Source: Hoeflea sp. (GTDB lineage Bacteria; Pseudomonadota; Alphaproteobacteria; Rhizobiales; Rhizobiaceae). From it: 64,000 nucleotides of DNA. The notes beneath the pieces were generated by a model. It had not been told where the DNA came from, searched no databases, and saw only the letters and a list, made by a program, of their open reading frames with translations. The stretch lies in assembly GCF_019084245.1 (NCBI RefSeq), contig NZ_JAHRFE010000022.1; one strand, given 5' to 3'. Shown here piece after piece: positions 25,690 through 36,783 of the stretch. Position 1 is the first letter of the stretch; every line of letters begins with the position of its first letter. Position numbers and translations under genes: made by a program.

Positions 25690-26415
25690 ATGTCCGCCCT
25701 TTTCCTTGAAGACGCCTACCTGTCCACCGTCGAAGCGCTTGTCACCGGAATCCGCGAGGATGGCGGCATCCTGATGGACCAGACCTGCTTTTACGCCACC
25801 TCCGGCGGCCAGCCCGGCGACACCGGGTTTTTCGAGCGCGAGAATGGCGACAAAATTGTGATCGCCGGAACCGTGACCGGCGACACCAAGGCCGAGATCA
25901 TCCACATACCCGCCCCGGGACAGGCAACGCCGGATCTTGGCGAAAAGCTGGTGCTGCACATCGACTGGGATCGACGCTACCGATTGATGCGCATGCACAC
26001 CGCCTGCCACCTGCTGTCGGTGGTCTGCCCCTACCCGATCACTGGCGCATCGGTGAACGAGGAGGACAGCCGGGTCGATTTCGACATGTCCGAGACCATC
26101 GACAAGGCCGAGGTCACGGCGAAGCTGATGGAGCTGGTGAAAGCCAATCATCCGATCTCGACCGAATGGATCTCGGAAGCCGACCTCGACGCCAATCCGG
26201 GACTGGTCAAGTCGAAGAATGTCCGCCCGCCGCGCGGCCAGGGCACTGTCCGCCTGGTCTGCATCGGCGAAAGCTCGTCCATCGACAGCCAGCCCTGCGG
26301 CGGCACCCATGTCGGGGAAACAGCCGAAGTCGGCGAAATCCACATCGGCAAGATCGAAAAGAAGGGCAAGGAAAACCGCCGCTTCCGCATCCGCTTCGGC
26401 CCGGCGCCGGAGTGA
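25690..26415 (+). CDS. alanyl-tRNA editing protein (AlaX)
   Basis: FYATSGGQPGD, MRMHTACH, QPCGGTH. Confidence 0.92.
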   Translation: MSALFLEDAYLSTVEALVTGIREDGGILMDQTCFYATSGGQPGDTGFFERENGDKIVIAGTVTGDTKAEIIHIPAPGQATPDLGEKLVLHIDWDRRYRLMRMHTACHLLSVVCPYPITGASVNEEDSRVDFDMSETIDKAEVTAKLMELVKANHPISTEWISEADLDANPGLVKSKNVRPPRGQGTVRLVCIGESSSIDSQPCGGTHVGETAEVGEIHIGKIEKKGKENRRFRIRFGPAPE

Positions 26416-26590
26416 TCCCGGCCCGTGCATCGCGATCCGGACAATCTTAAGGGTTTGTTTGAGAGTTCATTAAAGCCCGCGGGCGTAGACCTCGCCTGAT
26501 CCGATCAGGACGCCTGCCCCGCAGCCGCCAGCTGGATCGCGTGACCAGATGCATTGCATCAGGCCCGTCGAACCTTTGAGAAGCGAGCCG

Positions 26591-26902
26591 ATGTCTGCCA
26601 TCCAAGCCGTATCCTATCCTGTCTCAGCCGTTGTGCAGAGCCATCAGCAACTTCCCCCGCGCGACAGCGCGGGCCAGTCCGCTCCCAAACCATCGGCAGC
26701 ACACGCCGCACTCTCGACGGATCTGGCCGCAGTATCGAGCCGCGTCAACGCCTTTCTGGCGATAGAGCGGTCGGCCAGCACCAACGGCACGCATCCGGAC
26801 CAGCAATCCCCTGACCCCGAGGCATCGGAAACCGCAGCCCCCGGCGCCAACACCGTCGACCTGGACGATGCGCAGATCTACCAGCCGTCCTCTCGGTACT
26901 GA
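26591..26902 (+). CDS. hypothetical low-complexity protein
   Basis: ORF only. Confidence 0.4.
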   Translation: MSAIQAVSYPVSAVVQSHQQLPPRDSAGQSAPKPSAAHAALSTDLAAVSSRVNAFLAIERSASTNGTHPDQQSPDPEASETAAPGANTVDLDDAQIYQPSSRY

Positions 26903-27070
26903 GCCTGCAGGCGCGAACACTGCCCGGCTTCTCTTGGGATTTATCTGCAAAATCAAGCCTGCCTCATTGCCGCCAGCCCTCGCCATCGCGTATCATGCGC
27001 TCAGCCCCCGCTTCGAACGGGCTGATGCCCTGCCTTGATCTTTGAGGCCCCGCAAATGAGGACTCCAGCC

Positions 27071-27934
27071 ATGACCGCAACGCCTGAGACAAGCCCGTTC
27101 GTCGTCTCCTTCGACTGGCTCAAGGACCGCATCGGCCAGCCGGATCTCAAACTCGTCGACGCCTCCTGGTATCTGCCGGCGCAAAACCGCAACGGCGAGG
27201 CGGAGTATCGCACGGCCCGCATTCCGGGCGCCGTGTACTTCGATCTCGACCGGATCGTCGATCCGAATTCCAGCCTGCCCCACACGCTGCCCGACGCGGA
27301 GACCTTCGCCAGGGCTGCGGGCGATCTCGGCCTCAAGGAGACCGACACGATCGTGGTCTATGATGGCCCGGGCATGTTCTCCGCGCCGCGGGTCTGGTGG
27401 ATGCTGCGCATCTTTGGCGCGGGCAACACCTATGTTCTGGATGGCGGGTTTGACGCCTGGAGGCATCAGGGTCTGCCAGTGGAAACCGGCGATCCGGCAC
27501 CGCCGGCGCCGGCCACATTCAACGCCTCCGTCAATCCGGCCGCGGTCAGCAGCTTCGAGCATATGCGCGCAATTGTCAGTGACGCGACCGCGCAGATCGC
27601 CGACGCCCGCGGCCCTGGCCGGTTCACCGGCACGGAGCCGGAGCCGCGCGAAGGCATGCGCTCAGGCCACATGCCCGGCGCCCTCAACGTGCCTTTCGTG
27701 AACCTTCTGGACGGCGGAAAACTCAAACCGCTCAGTGAGTTGCGGCAAGTCCTTGAATCGTCCGGCCTGGATCTCGACAAGCCGGTTGTCACCAGCTGCG
27801 GATCGGGCGTAACCGCAGCCGTCATCACGCTGGCGCTGCAATCGATCGGACACCGCGACAACACGCTCTATGATGGTTCCTGGTCCGAATGGGGCGGGCG
27901 CGATGACACTCCCATCGCCACCGGAGAGGCTTGA
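27071..27934 (+). CDS. sseA: 3-mercaptopyruvate sulfurtransferase
   Basis: tandem rhodanese domains; DARGPGRF.G..PEPR, SCGSGVTA. Confidence 0.93.
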   Translation: MTATPETSPFVVSFDWLKDRIGQPDLKLVDASWYLPAQNRNGEAEYRTARIPGAVYFDLDRIVDPNSSLPHTLPDAETFARAAGDLGLKETDTIVVYDGPGMFSAPRVWWMLRIFGAGNTYVLDGGFDAWRHQGLPVETGDPAPPAPATFNASVNPAAVSSFEHMRAIVSDATAQIADARGPGRFTGTEPEPREGMRSGHMPGALNVPFVNLLDGGKLKPLSELRQVLESSGLDLDKPVVTSCGSGVTAAVITLALQSIGHRDNTLYDGSWSEWGGRDDTPIATGEA

Positions 27935-27935
27935 G

Positions 27936-28505
27936 ATGGTCAAGGCTGTCAAACCCAAGTCGCTCAAGGCGACCGTCACCCATCTCGAGATCAAGCGCTA
28001 TCCGCACACATTGAAGCCGCTGCCGGTCAATCTCCACGCGAGCCTGATCAAGGCCACGAATATCCCGCTGCATTTCTACCGCTATTTGCAATGGCAGGTG
28101 GGCCGCGAATGGCATTGGGTCAACCGCCTGCGCATGACTGACGAGCATTTGTCGAAGATCGTTCACGCCAAGACCACCCACATCTATGTGCTCGGCGTCG
28201 ACGGCGCGCCGGGCGGGTTCTTTGAGCTGACCGAACTTGGCGATGCCACCGTCGAGCTCACCTATTTCGGCCTGATGGCGCATGCGCGCGCCCGCGGGCT
28301 CGGCGAATGGATGCTGGGCCAGGCGCTGTCGACCGCCTGGCTGATGACGCCGGCGCGGGTGATCGTGTCCACCAACACGCTCGACCATCCGGCCGCCTTG
28401 CCGCTCTACCAGCGCATCGGCTTCAACCCGGTGAGCCAGAACGAGGCGATCATCCGGCCGCTCGCTGACGAGGAAATCATGGCAGTGATCAAGTCGCAAG
28501 CCTAG
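27936..28505 (+). CDS. GNAT acetyltransferase
   Basis: YFGL...RARGLG, TNTLDHPAALPLYQRIGF. Confidence 0.85.
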   Translation: MVKAVKPKSLKATVTHLEIKRYPHTLKPLPVNLHASLIKATNIPLHFYRYLQWQVGREWHWVNRLRMTDEHLSKIVHAKTTHIYVLGVDGAPGGFFELTELGDATVELTYFGLMAHARARGLGEWMLGQALSTAWLMTPARVIVSTNTLDHPAALPLYQRIGFNPVSQNEAIIRPLADEEIMAVIKSQA

Positions 28506-28583
28506 CTCGGCGGCTGAAATCGGGTGGCGCGGGACGATCGCGCCGGCTACCTCGTGAGGTCTCATCAATCCGGCGAGGACACC

Positions 28584-29069
28584 ATGACCATCACATTCGA
28601 GCCCATGGACCAGGCGACCGCCGCACATTTGCGCGAAAACGGACCGGACTCCTATGGCAACGCCCCGGAACGGCGCATCTCGGACGGGGCCGGCGTGCCC
28701 TGCCGCTGCTGCATGCGTTTCGTCGGCCCGGGTGAACCATACCTGACTGTCGCCTGGCGCCCCTTTGCCGCCCTCCATGCCTATGCGGAGACCGGCCCGG
28801 TGTTCCTCCACGCCGAACCCTGCGCCCCCGACCCGATCGGGCCGGAGGAACTGCCGGCATTTCTTTCAAGCCCGGATTACATCCTGCGCGGCTACGATGC
28901 CGACGAGCGCATCGTCTACGGCACCGGCGGCGTGATCCGGCGCGAGGCGATCCGGGCGCGGCTGGATGAGCTGCTGGCGACGCCAGGCATCAAGGCCGTC
29001 CACATCCGCTCCGCGCGCAACAATTGCTATCATTGCAAGGCGGTGCGTGGCGAACCGACGCAACAATAA
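28584..29069 (+). CDS. DUF1203 protein
   Basis: PCRCC, AYAETGPVFLHA, HIRSARNNCY. Confidence 0.85.
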   Translation: MTITFEPMDQATAAHLRENGPDSYGNAPERRISDGAGVPCRCCMRFVGPGEPYLTVAWRPFAALHAYAETGPVFLHAEPCAPDPIGPEELPAFLSSPDYILRGYDADERIVYGTGGVIRREAIRARLDELLATPGIKAVHIRSARNNCYHCKAVRGEPTQQ

Positions 29070-29217
29070 CGCAGTGACCTCCACCGGATGTGGAGGTTTG
29101 ATGCAATTCAAAATCAGCGCCGCGCCGATATCGGAAGGCGCGGCGCAGCAGCATCAGGAACAAATGCAGGCCATGCCTTTGCGTTCACATGGATCCATTT
29201 GAACGACGCGGCCTGCA

Positions 29218-30311
29218 TCAGACTACAAAGAAATCACCCGCCGTCAGCGCCAGGCCGGTGCTCAGCGTGGCGAACTGGATCGCCGCGGCGCCGCCCGTGC
29301 CGTCGCTGTCATAAAACAGCGCGCCCGTGCCCGAATTGTAGATGATGCGGTCATTGGCGTCATTGGCGGATGCGCCGATGTGGAACGCCGAGGCCGCCAG
29401 CGCCCCGGTCGCCGTCAAGGCGGTGAAGATGCCATCCTCAAGCATGATCTTGTCGATGCCCACGGAGAAATCAACGATCGTGTCCACATTGGTGGATGCA
29501 TTGAGGGCGGTGTTGAAGACGAAGGTGTCGGCGCCCGCGCCGCCCACCAGCCTGTCATTGCCATTGCCGCCCGCAAGCGTGTCGTTGCCGGCGTCGCCTG
29601 ACAGGATGTCGTCGCCATCGCGCCCGTAGAGCACGTCGTTGCCATTGGCGCCCCAGATCGTGTTGTTGCCGGCGTCGCCGCGCAGGCTGTCATCATGGTT
29701 CGAGCCGTACAGGTTCTCGATCGAGACATAGGTGTCGCCAGCCGCAAACCCGGTGTTGAGCGAGGCCAACTGCAGATCGGCGATCAGCCCGGTGGTGGCA
29801 TCGCTGTATTGCGCCCGGTCCGTGCCCGTCCCGCCGTCGAGCCTGTCGGCGCCGGCGCCGCCGATCAGCACGTCATCGCCAATGTTGCCGTAGAGCGTGT
29901 CATTGCCATCGCGCCCGAAGATCACGTCGTTGCCACCCGCACCCCAGATCGTGTTGGCGCCGGCGTCGCCGCGCAGCGTGTCGTCATGGTTCGAGCCATG
30001 GAGGTCCTCGATGGAGATATAGCTGTCGCCAGCCGCAAACCCGGTGTTGAACCCGGCGAATTGCAGATCGGCCAGCACGCCGGTGGTCGCGTCGTTGTAT
30101 TGCGCCCGGTCGATGCCGGCCCCGCCATTGAGAACGTCTGCGCCGGCGCCGCCGATCGTGTTCGCCCCGGCGTCGCCGCGCAGATTGTCATTGAAGTTTG
30201 AGCCAGACAGATCCTCGATCGAGACATAGGTGTCGCCGGCAGCGATCCCGCATAGAACGAGCTGAGTGAACTCTCAGTGTCAAAAGGCGTCCCAAGAATC
30301 TGTATCGGCAT
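29218..30311 (-). pseudogene. RTX/hemolysin-type Ca-binding repeat protein, internally deleted and frameshifted
   Basis: GGxGxDxL repeats and a T1SS-type C-terminus intact from ~30250; GGAG plus ATG MPIQILGTPFD at 30311 is out of frame with the repeats. Confidence 0.7.
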
Positions 30312-31014
30312 TTGTTTACATCTCCGCAAAGCCTCGTCAGGGCTAGTATGTCATGGAACCAGCAAGCTGTAACCTTCGCTCGCAGTAAATTTTCTGTTGA
30401 TCAACTTACTGATGCAGCGAAGAATGTCACCTCCCCTCCCGAATTGTTCTTGATCACGGCGTCGCCCGCTGATCTGCCATCGTAGAAACTTAACATCGAC
30501 CCGAATATTCATAGTTCGAGCCGCCGGTGTTCAGGCACCGAGTGAGAAATGGGGTAATTGGCGAAGTCTCGGCGGCGGCCGAATACACGAAAGTTAGCAC
30601 GGAGGCGCCAGCCGAAAAGGGTTTGAGATCTCTTTGGCTTCTTGCGAGGCTTGTGGTCATCGGTTTCGTCCCTTATCGTCAGCCGTACGAACTACAATGG
30701 CCCTTAGTTCCCGCAATACTTGGCACTGTATCGGAGTGCAATGCACCGATCGGTGGGTTGCTTCACCGTCACAAGCCCAGCTTCTGGGAACTGTTGCGTC
30801 TAGGTGATTGGTTGTTCCGAAAATGGATGGCGTCAGGTGCGCGTCCCGTTCACGAGTTCGGAGTAGTTACGGCACGACCTCGTCAACAGAGCTGTCGGAC
30901 TATATCTCTGGACATAATGATTTCGCTCCAGTAAATTAACGTATCTGCGTTGAAAAAATGCGTTCCCATCAAAGAATTGAGTGGAATATTTGGATTTTCT
31001 GGGACAGCAGCACG

Positions 31015-31836
31015 ATGTTCAGGGAAGTTTCAGAAGCTGACTACAAGACGATCTGTGGCGGGGTCATCGAGATGCAGCGCGCGGCTGATCTGCGAGATTT
31101 GACACATGTCCTTGTAAGGACCGCGATGCAGCTTGTGCCATGCGACCACGGAGGCTACTCCGAGGTCGATGTGCATTTCGGCCGCTTCGAATTCACGTCG
31201 AGCGAACGCGAGGTGACAGAATGGGCGCAGCAGCGGGCGGAGACATGCATAAGGTTGCTGCCCACGCATCCCGTCCACCGCTTTCGACTGGAAAATCCGG
31301 GCGTCCGGGTCGTGCGGCTCTCGGACGTGATCGCGCCGTACGATTTTCGCCAGACCGCCCACTATCAGGAGTGGTTTCGAAAGGTTGACGCCGAGTACCA
31401 AGTCGTGATGCACATGGGCGTCGATCCTCGTACTCCACTACCCGACGGGTCACTGCCCGCAACGCTCGGCGTCCCCCTGAACCGCAGCAGCAGCGACTTT
31501 TCCAGCCGCGAGGTGCAGGCGCTGTCGCTCTTGCAACAACTCGCCATACCGGTGCTGCGCCTGCGGCGAGCGCAACACCAACTAGAGATGCTCGATGCCG
31601 CTACCCTCTCGCCGGAATTGACCCGCAGTCTCATGCGCCTCGGATTGAGCCAGCGCCAGGCCGAAGTGGCTTTCTGGATGCTTAAAGGCAAGAGCAACAC
31701 GGATATCGGCGCCATTCTCGATGTAGGTGCCCAGACAGTCCGCCATCATACCATCGAGATCTACAAGCGGCTTGGCATAACGGGCCGGCTTTCTCTCCAG
31801 CGCAAGATACTTCACTCCGTAAGCGGCACCGAATAG
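31015..31836 (+). CDS. LuxR-family HTH regulator (GAF-like N-terminus)
   Basis: LSQRQAEVAFW...GKSN.DIG.IL......V..H...IY.RLG. Confidence 0.85.
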   Translation: MFREVSEADYKTICGGVIEMQRAADLRDLTHVLVRTAMQLVPCDHGGYSEVDVHFGRFEFTSSEREVTEWAQQRAETCIRLLPTHPVHRFRLENPGVRVVRLSDVIAPYDFRQTAHYQEWFRKVDAEYQVVMHMGVDPRTPLPDGSLPATLGVPLNRSSSDFSSREVQALSLLQQLAIPVLRLRRAQHQLEMLDAATLSPELTRSLMRLGLSQRQAEVAFWMLKGKSNTDIGAILDVGAQTVRHHTIEIYKRLGITGRLSLQRKILHSVSGTE

Positions 31837-32098
31837 GGAAACCGCACTTTGACAGGGGGACGCCCGATACAAGCTTCTCTCGGAGTTGAGCCCAATGCGT
31901 GCCCCCAATCGATGCAGGCCGATGCCCGCCCCCCTGTAACGGCCTTCGTGCGGGCCCGCGAATGGCTGCATTCGGGAATTAGGTCCAAGATCGTGAAGGG
32001 CAACCTCGGGGGGCGCTAGGCGGAAATCATTTCCGCTTCGGGGCCGGAAGTTGACGGACTACTTTTCGCCACCCTTGCAGAGAGGCAGACGCTCGCAC

Positions 32099-32205
32099 CT
32101 ACTGCATAATTCCTTAAATCGGAATCGATTTAAGGAGGAAATTATGCAGCAGCTTTAAGCTCTGCTGCGACCTTTGTGCGTTTGATTAAACGCACGGCGC
32201 AGTAG
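32099..32205. repeat. RIME-like rhizobial intergenic palindromic element
   Basis: CTACTGC...GCAGTAG termini; TGCATAATTCCTTAAATCG/CGATTTAAGG and GTGCGTTT/AAACGCAC palindromes. Confidence 0.75.
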
Positions 32206-32409
32206 AACATTTCTGATTGAAGACAGACGCGAGGCAGATACAGTCGGTATCGCAATTGACCGAGTGTGGCAGCGCCCCGTCAATATCGAGTTGGTGGCCA
32301 TCACCAAAGCCGAGCTTCAATTCAGCGCAAAAATCCCGCCCGCACGTTCAAGTGCGGACGGGACCGGGCTGGTGTGGACAGCCCACGGAGCTTGGTCTGC
32401 CTGAAGGCC

Positions 32410-33528
32410 TCAGGCTGCCTTCAGCGCCTGGTCGATGTCGGCCAGCTCGTAGCCCAGCGCGTCGGCGACCGGGCGGCTTGTGATGCGGCCCTTGTGGACA
32501 TTGAGGCCGGCGCGCAAATGGCGATCCTGGGCAATGGCGGTGAGCCCCTGGTCGGCCAGCATCAACCCATAGTGCAGCGTGGCGTTGTTGAGCGCATGCG
32601 CCGAGGTGATCGGCACGGCCCCCGGCATGTTGGCGACGCAATAATGGATGACGCCGTCGACCTCATAGGTGGGGTCGGCATGGGTGGTGGCGTGCGAGGT
32701 CTCGAAGCAGCCGCCCTGGTCGATGGCGACGTCGACGATCACCGAGCCCGTCTTCATGCCCGAGAGCATCTCGCGGGTGACGAGCCTGGGCGCGGCAGCG
32801 CCCGGGATAAGCACGGCGCCGATCACGAGGTCGGCCGAGAACACTCCCTCTTCCAAAGCCTCGATGGTCGAATAGCGGGTATGCACCCGGCCGTTGAAGA
32901 GATCGTCAAGCTGGCGCAGGCGCGGCAGCGACCGGTCGAGAATGGTGACGTCGGCGCCGAGCCCCACGGCCATCCTGGCCGAATGCAGGCCGACCACGCC
33001 GCCGCCGATGATGGTGACCTTGGCCGGCAGCACGCCGGGCACGCCGCCCAGAAGAATGCCGCGACCGCCATTGGCCTTCTGCAGCGAGGTGGCGCCCGCC
33101 TGGATGGCGAGCCGTCCCGCCACTTCCGACATCGGTGCGAGCAGCGGCAGGCCGCCGCGATCGTCGGTGACAGTCTCATAGGCAATCGCAGTGCAGCCCG
33201 AAGCCAGCAGCCCCTTGGTCTGCTCGGGATCCGGCGCCAGGTGCAGATAGGTGTAGAGCAGCTGGCCGTCGCGCAGTTGCGCCCACTCGGCCGGCTGCGG
33301 TTCCTTGACCTTGACCACCATGTCGGCGCGCTCGAAGATTTCCCTGGCGGTTCCCGCGATCTTCGCACCGGCAGCCTGGTAGGCCGCGTCATCCGCGCCA
33401 ATCCCCATGCCCGCCTTGGTCTCGATGATCACCTCATGGCCGTGCGCCACATATTCGCGGACAGCGCCGGGGGTGAGACCGACACGGTATTCATGGTTCT
33501 TGATTTCACTGGGGCAGCCTACGCGCAT
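32410..33528 (-). CDS. ald: alanine dehydrogenase
   Basis: [39 protein letters not shown]. Confidence 0.96.
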   Translation of the reverse strand: MRVGCPSEIKNHEYRVGLTPGAVREYVAHGHEVIIETKAGMGIGADDAAYQAAGAKIAGTAREIFERADMVVKVKEPQPAEWAQLRDGQLLYTYLHLAPDPEQTKGLLASGCTAIAYETVTDDRGGLPLLAPMSEVAGRLAIQAGATSLQKANGGRGILLGGVPGVLPAKVTIIGGGVVGLHSARMAVGLGADVTILDRSLPRLRQLDDLFNGRVHTRYSTIEALEEGVFSADLVIGAVLIPGAAAPRLVTREMLSGMKTGSVIVDVAIDQGGCFETSHATTHADPTYEVDGVIHYCVANMPGAVPITSAHALNNATLHYGLMLADQGLTAIAQDRHLRAGLNVHKGRITSRPVADALGYELADIDQALKAA

Positions 33529-33693
33529 TGAAGTCTCCTCTGGCGGCGATTGGCGTCTTGAGCGCCATATCGGGTTTCAATGCGACTTATCCTACCATTC
33601 CGGCGGCGAAAAATCCTTGCAAAGCAGCCTTGTCGGGCTGGCCGCAACAGAATATTCTTGCGCCGAATTGACTTTTATTCGGAGAATTCACGA

Positions 33694-34158
33694 ATGGGAG
33701 ACCTTGATACCATCGATATCGCCATTCTGAAGACGCTTCAGAGTGAGGGACGAATCTCCAACGCCGCGCTCGCCGAGCGCGTCGGCCTGTCGGCCTCGGC
33801 CTGTTCGCGGCGGCTCGACATTCTGGAAAAGTCGGGCGTCATCAAGGGCTATCACGCGCGCCTGTCACACAAGGCGCTCGACTATCGGATGATCGCGATC
33901 GTCCATATCTCGCTGTCCGGGCAGTTCGCCAAGACGCTGGCGGAATTCGAGGCGGCGGTCAAACTCTGCCCCAATGTGCTGGTCTGCTACCTGATGAGCG
34001 GCGAGTATGACTACACCTTGCGCATCGCCGCGCGAGACCTTGAGGATTACGAGCGCATCCACCGCGACTGGCTCTCGGCCCTGCCCCACGTGGTCAAGAT
34101 CAACTCGAGCTTCGCGCTCCGCGAGATCATCGACCGGCCGAATGTCGGATTGAACTGA
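33694..34158 (+). CDS. Lrp/AsnC regulator (AldR-like), divergent from ald
   Basis: D.ID..IL..LQ..GR.SN..LA..VGLS...C..R. Confidence 0.92.
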   Translation: MGDLDTIDIAILKTLQSEGRISNAALAERVGLSASACSRRLDILEKSGVIKGYHARLSHKALDYRMIAIVHISLSGQFAKTLAEFEAAVKLCPNVLVCYLMSGEYDYTLRIAARDLEDYERIHRDWLSALPHVVKINSSFALREIIDRPNVGLN

Positions 34159-34162
34159 TTGT

Positions 34163-34177
34163 TGACTAAAATTATCA
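34163..34177. promoter_or_regulatory. iron-responsive operator-like site (TGA-N9-TCA)
   Basis: TGACTAAAATTATCA upstream of a siderophore-interacting gene. Confidence 0.5.
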
Positions 34178-34235
34178 TGTTATTTCAAACATGATCTGAT
34201 AGAGCGGTCCCACGCTTGACAACAGGAGTGAGACC

Positions 34236-34982
34236 ATGACAGCGCGCCCCGAACCCCGCAATCTCGATGTCCTCGGCAAGGCGCGGGTGACGCCGAACAT
34301 GCTCCGGATCACCCTCGGCGGCCCGGGCCTCACCGGCTTTCCCGCAGACCAGATCAGCGCCTATATCAAGTTGCGCCTCAAGGATGCGCAAAGCGGCCGG
34401 GATGTGGTCCGCACCTATACGGTGCGCCATCATCGCGAGGGTGAGATCGACGTGGATTTCGCGCTTCATGAGCCCTGCGGACCAGCAACCTCGTGGGCGC
34501 TGAACGCGCAGGTGGGCGACAGCGTCCTGGTGGGCGGTCCGGGACCGCGCAAACTTGTCCACGCCGATGCGGACTGGTTCCTGCTGGTTGGCGACATGAC
34601 CGCGCTGCCGGCTATTTCGGGCAACATCGAAATGCTGCCCAGGACAGCCAGGGGCATGGCGGTGATCGAGGTCATCGCCCAATCCGATATAGAGGATCTC
34701 GAGACACCGACGAATTTTACCATTGACTGGGTGGTCAATCCGCATCCGGGCCAGTCGAGCGCGCTGTTGCTCGAGCGGGTCCGTCGTCTTGATTGGCCCG
34801 AAGGCAATCCGTCCGTCTGGGCCGCGTGCGAATTTTCCAGCATGCGGGCCTTGCGCGACTATTTTCGCTCGGAGCGCAACCTCACTCCAAGCAACCTCTA
34901 CATATCGAGCTACTGGAAAGCCGGCAGCGACGAAGACGCCCACAAGATCGCCAAGCGCAAAGATGCAACTGTCACGGCGTGA
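34236..34982 (+). CDS. siderophore-interacting protein (ViuB/FhuF-type FAD reductase)
   Basis: TPNMLRITLGG, RTYTVR, GDMTALPAI, SSYWK. Confidence 0.9.
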   Translation: MTARPEPRNLDVLGKARVTPNMLRITLGGPGLTGFPADQISAYIKLRLKDAQSGRDVVRTYTVRHHREGEIDVDFALHEPCGPATSWALNAQVGDSVLVGGPGPRKLVHADADWFLLVGDMTALPAISGNIEMLPRTARGMAVIEVIAQSDIEDLETPTNFTIDWVVNPHPGQSSALLLERVRRLDWPEGNPSVWAACEFSSMRALRDYFRSERNLTPSNLYISSYWKAGSDEDAHKIAKRKDATVTA

Positions 34983-35083
34983 TCTGACACAACATATCGG
35001 CCGCCAACCAGGTTGACGGCCGATCGTCGACTGCCTTGGGCGCAACCATCCGATCTGGGCGCCCGGAGCGATCTGTCAGCTGA

Positions 35084-35449
35084 TTAGCGCCAGTAAGGCG
35101 GCTGGCCGTAATGCCCGTACAACTGCGCCTGGGTTGATGGCTTCCAGTCGTAATCCGACCCGGACTTGTATTTCGGTGCGCCTTCGACCTGTTCCTTGGT
35201 GACATCGACACGGTATCCGCCGAGGCTCTCGTCATACTGCAGCTTTTCCCAGGGCAAAGGATAGTGGTCGTCGCCGATGCCGAAGAAGCCGCCGAAGCTC
35301 AGGACCGCGTAGGAGACCTTGCCTCCAACCTTCTCGATCATCACTTTCTCGATGGATCCGATGTGCTTGCCGGAGCGGTCATAAACCTCTGTACCGGCAA
35401 CCTTGTCACTGCCGATCACAGCGGTGTTTTCCTTGGTGAGTGTGGACAT
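35084..35449 (-). CDS. PRC-barrel domain protein
   Basis: V.GT.VY...G..IG.I...MI.K..G.V.YAVLSFGGF.G.G...YPLPW..L. Confidence 0.88.
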   Translation of the reverse strand: MSTLTKENTAVIGSDKVAGTEVYDRSGKHIGSIEKVMIEKVGGKVSYAVLSFGGFFGIGDDHYPLPWEKLQYDESLGGYRVDVTKEQVEGAPKYKSGSDYDWKPSTQAQLYGHYGQPPYWR

Positions 35450-35672
35450 GGGTTTCTCCTTTGATGTGGCGAATACCGCCATGGTTTCCCGTGCAGACCG
35501 GCGCTTCTCAAGGCGTTTTCGCCACTGCCCCGATCCTGCTCAACCAACGCCGAAAGGTCATCCTTGTTCCAAATTTCATTGGGACGTTTTCAAGGCATGC
35601 GCGCCGTTTTGGAGCCGCATTTCACCGGGTTACGCACGAGCCTTCTGCGGCTGACAGCCCGTAGTTCGAAAC

Positions 35673-36506
35673 TCAGCTCGAAACCGGTTCGCCGCCATTC
35701 GGGTGCAAGACCTGGCCCGACATGTAGCTCGAGTCCTCGCAAGCCAGGAACAGGAAGCACGGCGCCACTTCATTGGGCTGCCCCGGCCGGCCAAGCGGGG
35801 TGTCGGAGCCAAAACTCTCCACCTTCTCCGGTGGAAACGTGGCCGGAATCAGCGGCGTCCAGATCGGGCCCGGCGCAACGCCGTTGACCCGGATGCCCTC
35901 AGGCGCAAGCTTGTGCGCCAGCGCCCTGACAAGGGCGACGATGGCGCCCTTGGTCGAGGAATAGTCGATCAACAGATCCTGGCCGCGATAGGCGGTCACC
36001 GATGTGGTGCAGATGATCGAGGATCCGGCGGAAAGATGCGGCAGTGCCGCCTGGATGATGAAGAACTGGCCAAACACATTTGTCTCGAATGTCTTGCGCA
36101 ATTGCTCCTCAGAGATATCTTGCGGGCTTTCCTGCGGATGCTGCTCGGCTGCATTGGCAATGACGATGTCGATCTGGCCGAAACACTCCATCACCTTGCG
36201 CAATGTCGAAAAACAGAACTCCCGGTCCCCGATGTCGCCGGCAATGGCCATGGCTTTGGATCCCTCTTTCTGAATAAGCGTCACGGTCTCCTGCGCATCC
36301 TCCATTTCGTCCTTGTAGAGAAGCGCGATCTGCGCACCCTCGCGCGCAAACAGTTGCGCCGTCGCCCGGCCAATGCCCGAATCGCCTCCGGTGATCAGCG
36401 CCACCTTGCCCTCAAGTCGCCCCGATCCGCGATAGCGCGGTTCATGGTCGGGCTTGGCTTGCATCGCGGATTCGTGGCCAGGCTGCTCCTGCTGGGTCTC
36501 GGTCAT
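35673..36506 (-). CDS. SDR oxidoreductase (general stress YhdF-like)
   Basis: TGGDSGIG, YSSTK, GRPGQPNEVAP. Confidence 0.92.
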   Translation of the reverse strand: MTETQQEQPGHESAMQAKPDHEPRYRGSGRLEGKVALITGGDSGIGRATAQLFAREGAQIALLYKDEMEDAQETVTLIQKEGSKAMAIAGDIGDREFCFSTLRKVMECFGQIDIVIANAAEQHPQESPQDISEEQLRKTFETNVFGQFFIIQAALPHLSAGSSIICTTSVTAYRGQDLLIDYSSTKGAIVALVRALAHKLAPEGIRVNGVAPGPIWTPLIPATFPPEKVESFGSDTPLGRPGQPNEVAPCFLFLACEDSSYMSGQVLHPNGGEPVSS

Positions 36507-36783
36507 CAGTCACTCCTTTTGGATTGTGCAAGGCAAACTCGCAACCGCCTTGAAAGTTCCCGCTCGATAATCCGCCCGAAGGCGCCGCGGTCGATGAGTG
36601 CCACAACCGCCTGGAAAGCAGGCGCCTGTCGGAAAAACTTCAAGGCTTTGACCGGGTGAAAAAATACCGCTTGACCGGCCCATGCAGATCGCTGAAATCG
36701 TCAACCGTGCTGTCGCACTTCGACCGATCGAAGCCTGCAACGCGCGGCATGATTGGCCACATGTAACCTTGATAGGCAACCCG

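Noticed and set aside
29341-29370. SANDAND in the RTX C-terminus as another tag mimic
   Set aside because: Not AANDN, and it lies in a common RTX C-terminal motif (D.NDRIIYN).
29500-30240. CRISPR-like or DGR-like repeats
   Set aside because: They are in-frame RTX peptide repeats. No constant-repeat/unique-spacer array, cas gene or reverse transcriptase was seen anywhere in the window.
30330-30957. 135-aa ORF 30527-30934 or an IS remnant
   Set aside because: No RBS, motifs, terminal repeats or transposase similarity visible; treated as intergenic regulatory DNA.
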